A DNA stretch of 64,000 bases from a virus, in IMG/VR virus record IMGVR_UViG_3300018036_000004, positions 1 through 64,000 of that record; one strand, given 5' to 3'. The notes beneath the pieces are model-generated. The model was given only the letters and a program-made list of their open reading frames with translations. It made no database searches and was not told the DNA's origin. Made by a program: the position numbers and the translations under genes. Position 1 is the stretch's first letter. Every line of letters starts with the position of its first letter. Below, one piece after another: positions 10,190-19,623 of the stretch.

Positions 10190-10969
10190 ATGAGTACATA
10201 CAAAACTTTACTTACAGAAGTAAGAACCCTTAAAAAAGTAGCTAATGATGACTTTAAAGAAAACCTTTTAGAGTTACTTAACAGTGAGGATCTAAGTCAG
10301 GTTAACCAAGCCTTATCTTTGAACGACGCGTTAAACATACTTAGCGACCAAGAAGTAGCAGACATCTTAATTCCAAAAACACATGATAATGGTTTTTACC
10401 GACTCGTCTACTGGGAAAATATGGATAGTTTTGGTTGGGAACTTTTGAAAAAGTATCCTAATCACCCAGAGTGGAAACAGTTGGATACACTAGTAAGTAT
10501 TGGGGAAGGAACTGGCAGTGTTCCTAAGGAAATAGAGAACTTAACTAACTTGACAGAGTTGTCTTTACGTAAGGCCAACGTACCTAAAGAGATAGGAAAC
10601 TTAACTAACTTGAAAGATCTAACTCTTTCAAGTTGTAACCTTACTAGCCTACCTAGTTGGATAGGAAACTTAAAGAACTTGACATACTTGGGTTTATATA
10701 GTAACAACCTATCTACTCTACCCAAAGAGATTGGCAACCTTACTAACTTGGACGCTTTAGGGTTAGACTTTAATAAACTAACAAGTCTACCTAAGGAAAT
10801 AGGAAACCTAACTAACTTGGAAAAGTTGTGGTTAAACGGAAACAAACTAACAAGTTTACCGGAAGAATTAGGGAAATTGCGTCGTAGTTTAAAAGTAGTA
10901 GAACTATATAACAATTATATTAAGAAAGACGAACTTCCAAATTGGCTTAAGCGAATTGTAAGTATGTAA
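10190..10969 (+). CDS. leucine-rich repeat protein 1
   Basis: 23-aa LRRs ([22 protein letters not shown]) after a shared leader and tag. Confidence 0.93.
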   Translation: MSTYKTLLTEVRTLKKVANDDFKENLLELLNSEDLSQVNQALSLNDALNILSDQEVADILIPKTHDNGFYRLVYWENMDSFGWELLKKYPNHPEWKQLDTLVSIGEGTGSVPKEIENLTNLTELSLRKANVPKEIGNLTNLKDLTLSSCNLTSLPSWIGNLKNLTYLGLYSNNLSTLPKEIGNLTNLDALGLDFNKLTSLPKEIGNLTNLEKLWLNGNKLTSLPEELGKLRRSLKVVELYNNYIKKDELPNWLKRIVSM

Positions 10970-11009
10970 TACTTACACCACATACTATAAAACACTTAAG
11001 GAGTTAAAA

Positions 11010-11726
11010 ATGAGAAGAAAACAAGCAAGTGATCCATTAAACCAAACTTATGTAAGCTTGGTAGAATTCGATCTACTTACAGGGGCTGAAGGTGCAAGGA
11101 TACATCGCAGGGAACAGGACGGATCTCCTTATGTTAGTGAAAAGGACTTGAACTTTTACGCTAAACAAGATTTAGAATTCTGGGAAGAGTACATTATGTA
11201 CACACCGGAGTGGGAAAAGGCTATGGAAGCTTTAGAGGAACTCTACGATACTTCTGACGTAGAGATTTATCCTAAGGCTGAGACTAGATCGATTGTTGTG
11301 TACTCAATAGAAAATGAAGAATACGATATGCGTGTTAGTGACTCCAAGGCTTGGGGTTATATGGAAAAACAAAAGAACAACATGAAAAGTATATATAACT
11401 CTGTTAAGGGTTCACAAGTCCTTAGACAGTTACAAGATACCCACAACAAGGCAAGTAAGGCACAAGTAGATAAAGTAAGACAGTCGTTGTTTACCTTTGA
11501 CTTAAGAAATATCAATCAGATGATAGACATTGCGTATGCGTTGGAAGACAAAAAGATTAACGATGTTATTAGGGAGTTTCTGGACTTCACACCATTAGAT
11601 ATAAATAGCGGTACTGTTTGGATGACTGTACAAATATTTACAAGGTGGAAAATTGCTACTCGTGGGGGTCTATCTTCTTGGGAAGACTCCGAGGAAGAAT
11701 CCTTTGACGATTCTGACTGGTATTAA
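11010..11726 (+). CDS. hypothetical protein with KQAS leader and internal tag-like helix
   Basis: AAGGAG RBS; MRRKQAS; LFTFDLRNINQMIDIAYAL. Confidence 0.65.
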   Translation: MRRKQASDPLNQTYVSLVEFDLLTGAEGARIHRREQDGSPYVSEKDLNFYAKQDLEFWEEYIMYTPEWEKAMEALEELYDTSDVEIYPKAETRSIVVYSIENEEYDMRVSDSKAWGYMEKQKNNMKSIYNSVKGSQVLRQLQDTHNKASKAQVDKVRQSLFTFDLRNINQMIDIAYALEDKKINDVIREFLDFTPLDINSGTVWMTVQIFTRWKIATRGGLSSWEDSEEESFDDSDWY

Positions 11727-11784
11727 TCTAATACTTACTCTATAAAGAACCCCTTACTGTTAAACACAGTCAAGGGGTTTTCTT

Positions 11785-12393
11785 ATGTTAACTGCAATGG
11801 GCGATGTAATGCGTGAAGCATACAAACGAGGATGGATTACTACTAGAGATGGAAACATATCGTTGGTACAATCTAACAGAGAAACATTCTACATCACACC
11901 TAGTGGTTGGCGTAAAACTATCTTACATCCTGAACATATCTTACGCATACCTATTGTGGATAACGAGTTAGAACTTAAAGAAGGTATGAACCCTAGTGGT
12001 GAACTAGAAATGCATTGGAACTTACAACAACCCAATAAGTTTCGAACAAGAGCCGTGGTACATCTACATCCTACTTATACTATAAGTGCTATGTTAAAAG
12101 GTTTCGATTTACAGTCAATGTCTAAACACTTTCCAGAGTTGTCTAGATATACAAGAGTAGGACCTACTGTACCAGTATTGCCTGTAATCTCTACAGAGTT
12201 AGCATGGGCAACTGCAGGGAACTTTTATATAGACAGTGATGGTAAAGTTAAGTATGACATTGTAGGGCAAGCAGGACATGGTGTTTGTGCTATTGGAGGG
12301 AACCCTTGGGATGCTTTTGAGCATATAGAGCGCTTAGAACATATCTGTCAGATAGTATTGGCTAGTGGTGTTGATCCAAAAGACTTACAATAA
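11785..12393 (+). CDS. class II aldolase/adducin family protein
   Basis: GNISL, YITPSG, PSGELEMH, VVHLHP, GHGV metal-binding motifs. Confidence 0.88.
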   Translation: MLTAMGDVMREAYKRGWITTRDGNISLVQSNRETFYITPSGWRKTILHPEHILRIPIVDNELELKEGMNPSGELEMHWNLQQPNKFRTRAVVHLHPTYTISAMLKGFDLQSMSKHFPELSRYTRVGPTVPVLPVISTELAWATAGNFYIDSDGKVKYDIVGQAGHGVCAIGGNPWDAFEHIERLEHICQIVLASGVDPKDLQ

Positions 12394-12453
12394 AGGTTTA
12401 ATCTTGTGTAGTACAATATAAACCTTAATAACATAATCTAAGGAAACCTAATT

Positions 12454-13101
12454 ATGACTACTTATAAAACATTATTACAAGAAGTAAGAACCCTTAAAAA
12501 AGTAGCAAGCGGTGACTTTAAAAAGAAACTTTTAAGTTTACTTAATAGTGATGATCCTAGTCAGGTTAACCAAGCCCTATCTTTAAATGATACCCTAGGT
12601 ATTCTTAGTGACCAAGAAATAGGTGACTGGTCTATACCTACAGTTATTAATAGAAACCGAAACGTGGAAGAACATTGGAAAACCTTAGACAGTTTAGGTT
12701 GGGTACTTTTAAAAGCCATACCTAATCATCCTATGTGGAGTAGCCTTACAGCTTTAGGGTGCTACGGTGGCAACATTACAAGTTTACCTAGTGAAATAGG
12801 AAACCTAACAAACTTAAAAACCTTGTTCTTAAATAATAACAATCTAACAAGTCTACCTAAAGAAATAGGAAACTTAAAGAACTTGGAAACGTTGTACGTA
12901 GAAGAAAACAATCTAACAAGTATCCCTAGTTCTATTGGTAACCTAAATAAGTTAAAGTTCTTTCGGTTAAGTGATAACAATCTAACAAGTCTACCCAGTT
13001 CTAGTGGTAACCTAACTAAGTTGAGAGCGTTAACCTTAGACAATAACAAACTAACAATTGATGATGTACCAGAAAACCTTAGAAAGGTTACAAAAATCTA
13101 A
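12454..13101 (+). CDS. leucine-rich repeat protein 2
   Basis: Same N-terminus and LRR consensus as 10190. Confidence 0.93.
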   Translation: MTTYKTLLQEVRTLKKVASGDFKKKLLSLLNSDDPSQVNQALSLNDTLGILSDQEIGDWSIPTVINRNRNVEEHWKTLDSLGWVLLKAIPNHPMWSSLTALGCYGGNITSLPSEIGNLTNLKTLFLNNNNLTSLPKEIGNLKNLETLYVEENNLTSIPSSIGNLNKLKFFRLSDNNLTSLPSSSGNLTKLRALTLDNNKLTIDDVPENLRKVTKI

Positions 13102-13159
13102 AGTTTAACCCTACTAAACCAATAAAAGTTATCTTGTACATAAATAAAGGAAACTATTC

Positions 13160-13879
13160 ATGACTACTTATAAATCCTTACTTACAGAAGTTCGTACTCT
13201 TAAAAAGTTAGCCAGTGAAGATTTTAAAGAAAGTCTTTTAGAGTTAATTAACAGTGGAGATATACAAGACATTAACCATGCTTTATTTTTAAACGAGGAC
13301 TTAGAAATCCTTACAGATCAAGAAATTGGTGATTTACTCTTTCCACAAGTTATTAATAGTAAAAGCGGGAAGACTGTATTTGGGGCATGGCTCCAAGACG
13401 GATTAGGTTGGATGCTTTTAGAAACTTTACCTAATCACCCTATGTGGAAAAACTTAACTAAATTGAGTCTACTTGGTAGAGGACTAACAAGTTTACCAAG
13501 TTCAATAGAAAACTTAAAGAACTTGAAAAGTTTGTTCTTATATGATAACGAATTAACAAGTTTACCTAAAGAACTTGAAAACCTAAAGAACTTGTTATAC
13601 TTGAACTTAATGAATAACGACCTAAAAAGTTTACCTAGTGCAATAGGAAACTTAACTAACTTGAAAGAGTTGAACTTAAGGAATAACAAACTATCCAATT
13701 TACCAAGTTGGATAGGTAATTTAAAGAACTTGGAATACTTGAGCTTAGAGAATAACAACCTAACAAGTTTACCTAAAGAAATAGGAAACTTAACTAACTT
13801 GAAAGTCTTGAACTTAAACAATAACAGCCTAACAATAGAGGATGTTCCGGAGAACATTAGATCTATCCTTTTTGATTAG
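13160..13879 (+). CDS. leucine-rich repeat protein 3
   Basis: Same N-terminus and LRR consensus as 10190. Confidence 0.93.
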   Translation: MTTYKSLLTEVRTLKKLASEDFKESLLELINSGDIQDINHALFLNEDLEILTDQEIGDLLFPQVINSKSGKTVFGAWLQDGLGWMLLETLPNHPMWKNLTKLSLLGRGLTSLPSSIENLKNLKSLFLYDNELTSLPKELENLKNLLYLNLMNNDLKSLPSAIGNLTNLKELNLRNNKLSNLPSWIGNLKNLEYLSLENNNLTSLPKEIGNLTNLKVLNLNNNSLTIEDVPENIRSILFD

Positions 13880-13889
13880 ATAGAACTAA

Positions 13890-14117
13890 TCACTTAATAT
13901 GATTAACAGACTGGGACATTTCAACATTCCAGTCTGTTCTTAATTCTATTAGTGGATTAAACGTGGCACTACTACGCTCGGCTATAAGGGAACCTTGTGG
14001 CTTTACCATCTCTCCTACAATGTCTATAGCATCAAAGTTTATCTCGGTTTCCCTTTGATACTTTACTTTAATGTTTTCCTGTCCTAAGGCTAACCCAATC
14101 AATACATACAACAACAT
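13890..14117 (-). CDS. GltF/CglF-like adventurous gliding motility protein homologue
   Basis: Signal peptide then T.I.F...I.G...KP.G.....R....F..LI..R......M.QSV..l, the pattern of the small myxobacterial CglF/GltF proteins. Confidence 0.72.
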   Translation of the reverse strand: MLLYVLIGLALGQENIKVKYQRETEINFDAIDIVGEMVKPQGSLIAERSSATFNPLIELRTDWNVEMSQSVNHIK

Positions 14118-14270
14118 AACATACTCACTATCTGTTAAGTGGGACTAAGTACAAGGATTGTGTTTACATATATACTTATTGGATTGTATCAATAGATTAT
14201 TGTATACAATCAATAGTTGCCTTATAACAACAGTATGTGTAAGAACATACCCTATAACAGTGGAGAAATT

Positions 14271-14840
14271 ATGTTGAAACATTTACAAAGAATGGCTATC
14301 CAAAAAGTAATGAAAACAGCCTCTTTTAATTTTGACCAGGACTTTTGGGGTGACCTGATTGTACAAGGTTGTGTTAAAGTTAAAACTAACTTTAAAGTTA
14401 GTAAGACAGAAGAATTTAGTATTTACACAACAGTTCGTAGTAGAGATTACTACACACCAGATGATTGGGACGAACATACTTTTAAAGCACCTTCCACCTA
14501 CGAAATTAATCTTAGTGGGGCTATGGACTTGGATTGTGTAGAAAAAGAACTCGGAGAACTAGTAACGGGTGACGAAGTATGGGAAGCCTTTGTAGAGTCT
14601 TTAGAGGACAATGGTAGTTATGGTGGAGGCATGTTTTACGAGGCCTTAGAAGATCTAACTATAGAACTAGAAGACGATTGGAGAGGTGAAGCCTCAGATT
14701 ACACTTTCGAAGACTGGAATGTGAGTTCTTGGAATGTTAAAAATCCTAAGTACAAAGTAGTAGGAGACCATGTAACTTTTAGTTTAACACTTCAAGTAAA
14801 CATTGAAGTAGAAGGTTTACAGTTTGACAGTGAATACTAA
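14271..14840 (+). CDS. hypothetical protein with KTAS leader
   Basis: GGAG RBS before ATG 14271; MLKHLQRMAIQKVMKTAS. Confidence 0.65.
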   Translation: MLKHLQRMAIQKVMKTASFNFDQDFWGDLIVQGCVKVKTNFKVSKTEEFSIYTTVRSRDYYTPDDWDEHTFKAPSTYEINLSGAMDLDCVEKELGELVTGDEVWEAFVESLEDNGSYGGGMFYEALEDLTIELEDDWRGEASDYTFEDWNVSSWNVKNPKYKVVGDHVTFSLTLQVNIEVEGLQFDSEY

Positions 14841-15168
14841 GTTAAAACAAACATATTGGACCTGTACAGAAAGTAATACTAAATTAACTCTAGAACAGGT
14901 CCTATCCTTTTCACAAAACATAAAACCTACACTAATTAAACACCAAGACCTTACTCACCTTAGAACTGTTAAATGTTCCATAGACAGAGTAGAAACAGCT
15001 AACACATCCTTTCCTATTATAGTATTACAACATGATGGACTCTACTGTAGAATACTAGATGGACACCATAGACTACAGAAATCTATACGGCTAGGAAACA
15101 CTAACATTCTGGCTAAAGTTATACAGAAAAACAAAACTCCAAGTCCTTGGCAATCCTTGTTGTTTTAA
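14824..15168 (+). CDS. ParB/Srx-like domain protein
   Basis: PIIV....ILDGHHRL.K. Confidence 0.7.
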   Translation: MTVNTKLKQTYWTCTESNTKLTLEQVLSFSQNIKPTLIKHQDLTHLRTVKCSIDRVETANTSFPIIVLQHDGLYCRILDGHHRLQKSIRLGNTNILAKVIQKNKTPSPWQSLLF

Positions 15169-15213
15169 TACACAATACTTTACTTATATAAAGTAATATA
15201 AGTAATAAATTGT

Positions 15214-15286
15214 GGGGCATTAACTCAGTTGGGAGAGTGTCACCCTTGCAAGGTGAAAGTCATCAGTTCGAATCTGATATGCTCCA
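15214..15286 (+). tRNA. tRNA-Ala(TGC)
   Basis: Cloverleaf: acceptor GGGGCAT/ATGCTCC with G3:U70; anticodon loop CTTGCAA; T-loop TTCGAAT; discriminator A; CCA not encoded. Confidence 0.95.
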
Positions 15287-15312
15287 CTTTCTTTTAAAAC
15301 ATAGGAAGACTT

Positions 15313-15627
15313 ATGAAACACTTGTATAAAACAGCTATTCGTAATGTTATGAGTAAAACTCTTACCTGGAAAGACATAGAATCTAAATATCCAAAATTAT
15401 ATAAAGAAGCACTACCTATGTTTATGAATCCTTTTGGGGATGGACCCTTTGATGGATTAACTTTTATAGAGTTTGTTAACTCTATAGACCCACATTACTT
15501 ACAAAGTAAAACATCTTTGTCTAAACAAGATACTATAGAACTAGCCTTCCTTTTCTTGGATAGACCTCAGTTTAAATCTAAATTGCCTGACTTGTACCAA
15601 CAAGTGAAAAGAACATACAAAATCTAA
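15313..15627 (+). CDS. hypothetical protein
   Basis: AGGA RBS; leader MKHLYKTAIRNVMSKT resembles that of 14271. Confidence 0.6.
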   Translation: MKHLYKTAIRNVMSKTLTWKDIESKYPKLYKEALPMFMNPFGDGPFDGLTFIEFVNSIDPHYLQSKTSLSKQDTIELAFLFLDRPQFKSKLPDLYQQVKRTYKI

Positions 15628-15650
15628 ACAGGATACTAGGAGTTAATACC

Positions 15651-16205
15651 ATGGTTAAACCTTACGTTGTACTAGATGTTAATGACGGTTCTAGATCTAG
15701 AAAACATCCACACTGGGAAATTACAGGACCTAATACTTTTACTGAATGTATTAAAAAAGCCTGTGACGAGTACATGAAAACGTTAAAACTCGAAATAGAG
15801 GCTATACAGAAACCTTGGACTCAAAAAGAGTTTAAAAAGTTTTACCCTGGTGTGGAACCACACCCAGACTTGTTTAAAAAATCTCAAGTTAAAGTTACTA
15901 ACGGTAACGTCTTCCCCAATAGAAACTGGGTAAAATCTGAACCAACTGGTACCACTATTAACTTTAATAATAGAGCAGGTTGTGTCTGTAGACTTTATGT
16001 AACTATTGAATACCAAGACTATGAAGTACAAGATAACAAAATGGTTCCTGTATACACAAAAGATACACATGTACTAACGATAGGATTTCGTTACGGAGAA
16101 CCCCTAGACGATAAATACTATGACCAAATGTTAAGTATAATGAGAACAGGCTCCAAAACAGCTTCCATCGCTACTACATACCATCTAAACAACCGTTATT
16201 TTTAA
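15651..16205 (+). CDS. hypothetical protein
   Basis: AGGAG RBS; 184 aa. Confidence 0.65.
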   Translation: MVKPYVVLDVNDGSRSRKHPHWEITGPNTFTECIKKACDEYMKTLKLEIEAIQKPWTQKEFKKFYPGVEPHPDLFKKSQVKVTNGNVFPNRNWVKSEPTGTTINFNNRAGCVCRLYVTIEYQDYEVQDNKMVPVYTKDTHVLTIGFRYGEPLDDKYYDQMLSIMRTGSKTASIATTYHLNNRYF

Positions 16206-16214
16206 TAAAAAGGA

Positions 16215-16799
16215 GTGGTGAAAACTATGTCGTATGAAGAAGCCTCTAAACTTTGGGAACTGATATTTACTAAAGACTTAGATAACATTAACCAAGCCGT
16301 TATGTTAAATGAAGTACTAAACATTATACCTTTACAAGATATACAAGACGCTCTATATCCACAATTTCTTTATTCTCAAACTCAACAACAGTTTATTAAC
16401 TTTGAAGACCTAGAAGACTTACTACTTAAAGTCTTTGACTATGTAGAACTAGACCCAGAAGACTATGACAGTATCTCTACTTTGTACAAAGACAAGTCCT
16501 TTCCTCTTACTTTGATTACAAACCCACCCTCTTTGTTAACACCTGAACCCGAACATATACCTCATCCAGATACTGTATCTGGACAAAGAGAATGGAAACA
16601 CTTAAAAGATAAGGCTTATAAATACACAGACAAACTAAATACTAACATACCACAGTTAAAAGGTATGACAGCAGAAGACTTTGTTACGGAAACACATAAA
16701 CAATATGTAAAACTAAATACTAAACTAGAAGCCTTACTGAATAAACTGGCTGAAGATCCTAACCTGTGGCAAACTACTACGGGTATCGTTTATAGATAG
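16215..16799 (+). CDS. hypothetical protein with N-terminal tag helix
   Basis: LWELIFTKDLDNINQAVMLNEVLNII. Confidence 0.65.
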   Translation: MVKTMSYEEASKLWELIFTKDLDNINQAVMLNEVLNIIPLQDIQDALYPQFLYSQTQQQFINFEDLEDLLLKVFDYVELDPEDYDSISTLYKDKSFPLTLITNPPSLLTPEPEHIPHPDTVSGQREWKHLKDKAYKYTDKLNTNIPQLKGMTAEDFVTETHKQYVKLNTKLEALLNKLAEDPNLWQTTTGIVYR

Positions 16800-17060
16800 A
16801 CAATATAACGATAGTTTCTACACCTTTTACATATATTTAGAAAACCACATATTCACTTCATTTAGAAGTTGTGTATGTGGTTTTATTACGCTTTACAACG
16901 ACACAAGTGTCTTACCCTAAAGACATAGATACACACTGTGTAAAACAAAAATTAAACCCCTTTACAACACTATACTAACATAAGACAACATAAGTATAAA
17001 CATAGTAAAAGTATAGAACTCTAGAGTGTATACATAGGATAATAAACAAAACATAACTAG

Positions 17061-17126
17061 GAATACAACAAGACAAGAACAAGACATAAACAAGACATAA
17101 ACAAGACATAAACAAGAATACAACAA
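17061..17126 (+). repeat. tandem 11-bp repeat ACAAGACATAA x3, flanked by GAATACAACAA x2
   Basis: Units at 17079, 17090 and 17101 in non-coding DNA. Confidence 0.9.
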
Positions 17127-17456
17127 AGGCCTTTAGAGCCTGAGTTAGGTATTTCTGATAGACCAACATCGAAAATAGATTGTTTTTCTATTTGTAATTG
17201 GGTTTGTTTACTTGGGTTTGTAAAACCACACTAAACATCTGTACCTGTGGTTATGTATATTTAGAGTGTATGGGTATAGTATTCACCCTAGTACTAATAC
17301 CTAATAAAACTAAACAAACATTTAGTTTTATTACTTTGTGTAGATTGTGTGAACCCTTTTCTGGTCTTTAGGTTTAAAAATGTACGAGTTAAAGTTCAGC
17401 TTCGTCTTTAGTAAGTACTTGTAAGAGTGTCTTAATGTTAACTTAAAGGAGTTGTA

Positions 17457-17777
17457 ATGGAAGATAAAGTAAAGGAAGTGTATAGTCTGGAAGTGTTCTT
17501 AGGTATGTTAGAAAGTAATTCCGAGGAAGTGTTATTCACAGATGTATGTAGTAGTCATATTCTGTTGTTAGTGGGTTTATTGGAAGCTGGAGTTTTGTCT
17601 TACTTAGTAGAAGGTTATTTGTTTGATAGTAAAGTATCTTTGAGTGGTAGGTATAAGGGTGTAGAGTTTGTGTTTAATATGGATGTAGGTTTGTATGAGT
17701 TGTTATTGTTGTGTGTACCTAAGTTAAAGGTTGTGTTAATACAGGGAGCTTATACAGGACAGGTAATTTTATTTTAG
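17457..17777 (+). CDS. hypothetical protein
   Basis: AAGGAG RBS. Confidence 0.55.
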   Translation: MEDKVKEVYSLEVFLGMLESNSEEVLFTDVCSSHILLLVGLLEAGVLSYLVEGYLFDSKVSLSGRYKGVEFVFNMDVGLYELLLLCVPKLKVVLIQGAYTGQVILF

Positions 17778-17896
17778 AATTAGTTTAAAAAAGTGTCCGA
17801 ATCTAATTATGGATTTAGTATATAGGGAAAGAAAGTCTTGTATAGGCCTTTGTATGTATTATCCCTCACCCCTCTCTATTAAGGAACTAGTAAGTC

Positions 17897-18454
17897 ATGG
17901 ACGAACGATTATTAAAAGACTACTTAAACTGTAAAGACCCTACCTCCTATCATATGACATTAATGTATCCAGATTATTTAAGTAAGTCCGATGTGTTAGC
18001 TTGTATAGACAGATTGGAAAAGAAGTTTTGTTTACAAGATTGGTATCATGTATGTTTGTATGTAATGAAGCCCGAGTGGTTATGTAACTACAAAGGTAAA
18101 GTAGAACAGAGATCTGTAATCCAGAAGTTATTTAAGAGTGTACAAGTATTCCAAGTAGTAGAAAAGGCTTTTAAACAGGATTGGTATGGTATACCTGTAT
18201 GTACACATCAGTTGTGGTACTTACTTTGTACCTTAGTAGTGTTTAAGAAGCTAGAGGTACAGTCTATGTTGTTTCCAATGTTAGAAGACTGTACAAGGCC
18301 TTATATCAACGTTTATGGACCTTTATTAGAAGGTAGTGATTGGTTGTTAGACGAGTTACAAGAGGAAGAAGGTCTTGTGTATGATTATTTGTGTGATTTA
18401 CGAGAGTTAAGTCGTAGGGACTTATTAGACTTTGCCAATATGCAAATAGATTAA
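17897..18454 (+). CDS. hypothetical protein
   Basis: 185 aa ORF with AAGGA upstream. Confidence 0.6.
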   Translation: MDERLLKDYLNCKDPTSYHMTLMYPDYLSKSDVLACIDRLEKKFCLQDWYHVCLYVMKPEWLCNYKGKVEQRSVIQKLFKSVQVFQVVEKAFKQDWYGIPVCTHQLWYLLCTLVVFKKLEVQSMLFPMLEDCTRPYINVYGPLLEGSDWLLDELQEEEGLVYDYLCDLRELSRRDLLDFANMQID

Positions 18455-18462
18455 AGGAATCT

Positions 18463-18510
18463 ACTCTCCTAAGTAAAGTAGATTCCTATACATATATGTA
18501 GAAGGAACCC
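18463..18510 (+). promoter_or_regulatory. early-type promoter cassette copy 1
   Basis: ACTCTC-N14-TTCCTATA-N7-GTAG. Confidence 0.7.
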
Positions 18511-18567
18511 TTTATATAGGTCGAACTGTACAAATGATAAATAAAAGAGAGAAGAGTGTAAAAAGTT

Positions 18568-18610
18568 CCTCTCTCTTTTATTTTAGCTTCCTATACATAT
18601 TACTTAGGAA
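18568..18610 (+). promoter_or_regulatory. promoter cassette copy 2 (no downstream hairpin)
   Basis: CCTCTC-N14-TTCCTATA. Confidence 0.65.
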
Positions 18611-18650
18611 CACTAAGTAAACATAAACAACACATAGAACGGATATAACA

Positions 18651-18962
18651 ATGACAGACAATCAAGTATTTACAGCATTCCAAAAGAAGGTCAAAGCAAT
18701 GCGTTTTGGTCATCATGTCGAAATCCCTTTCACAACCAAAGTAGTGGTTCATGTATGGACAGATAAAACAGATGCTAAATCCCGTAAAGAGATCACATTC
18801 ACAATGCTTGCCGGTATGAAAGCTGTAGATGCTGGTAAAATGGCCGATGGTCTTGTGAAAGCTCACTTTGGACTTACCCGTAAGGAAATGGAATACTCTG
18901 CAAACTTCTGTTCACAGATCGACATACTGTGTGCGGTAACTGGAAAGAAACTCAAGGTGTAA
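18651..18962 (+). CDS. hypothetical early protein
   Basis: Directly downstream of the cassette; GGA RBS. Confidence 0.65.
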   Translation: MTDNQVFTAFQKKVKAMRFGHHVEIPFTTKVVVHVWTDKTDAKSRKEITFTMLAGMKAVDAGKMADGLVKAHFGLTRKEMEYSANFCSQIDILCAVTGKKLKV

Positions 18963-18992
18963 TAAATAAAGGGAGAGGACTGTAAAAAAGTT

Positions 18993-19045
18993 CCTCTCCC
19001 TTTTATTTTGGATTCCTATACATATATGTAGAGGGGAAACTACAT
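18993..19045 (+). promoter_or_regulatory. promoter cassette copy 3 (compensatory GTAG..CTAC stem)
   Basis: CCTCTC-N14-TTCCTATA-N7-GTAG-N8-CTAC. Confidence 0.75.
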
Positions 19046-19082
19046 ATCAAAGGTATCCAAACCACTTAACTTAGGAGACATT

Positions 19083-19409
19083 ATGTCAGTAATTACTTTT
19101 GAAGATATGGAATGGTTACAAGAGGAAGCCAATTTGGATGCACAGCATTACGACGATCATGAGGATATGAAAGTATCTGAATGGTATTGGAATCGTTATC
19201 ATATGATTGGTTCTTGTATGAGCCAGTTGTTCTTTATCTATAATGGACATCAAAGTCCTCGTACAAAAGCCTCTGTATCTGTAGAAATCTTAAAAGAATA
19301 TGGATATGAAGCCATTGTAAAGGAATTAGAGGAAACAGAGACTCAAACAGACACAGACTGGGACGCTTTAGCGGACGAATGGTCTGAGTATCAGGCCTCT
19401 AAGGAGTAA
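19083..19409 (+). CDS. hypothetical acidic early protein
   Basis: AGGAG RBS. Confidence 0.65.
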   Translation: MSVITFEDMEWLQEEANLDAQHYDDHEDMKVSEWYWNRYHMIGSCMSQLFFIYNGHQSPRTKASVSVEILKEYGYEAIVKELEETETQTDTDWDALADEWSEYQASKE

Positions 19410-19429
19410 AAGGCCTTGTAGAGTGTTTA

Positions 19430-19482
19430 AAAGCCACTAGATCTAGTAAAAAGGCATGGATCTAGTGGCTTTTGTTGTTTTT
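19430..19482 (+). terminator. intrinsic terminator
   Basis: AAAGCCACTAGATC..GATCTAGTGGCTTT followed by a T-rich tract. Confidence 0.7.
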
Positions 19483-19514
19483 TCTAGAAAAAACACATAT
19501 TTTTATACTTTTTT

Positions 19515-19564
19515 ACTCTCTTTTGTATACTCGTTTCCTATATATATATGTGGAAGGACACCAC
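19515..19564 (+). promoter_or_regulatory. promoter cassette copy 4
   Basis: ACTCTC-N14-TTCCTATA-N7-GTGG-N7-CCAC. Confidence 0.8.
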
Positions 19565-19623
19565 GGTAAAAAATAGATCCGATAAACTCACTTCTAGTAC
19601 CTTTTAAGGTCAAGGAAAATACT

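Noticed and set aside
10462-13857. Antisense ORFs over the LRR genes (10462, 12762, 13435)
   Set aside because: Shadow frames produced by the repetitive LRR codon pattern.
10190-13879. Diversity-generating retroelement acting on the LRR genes
   Set aside because: No reverse transcriptase, and no template/variable repeat pair with adenine-only differences seen.
16975-17169. 64-aa hydrophobic minus-strand ORF
   Set aside because: Arises from the low-complexity tandem repeat; no SD.
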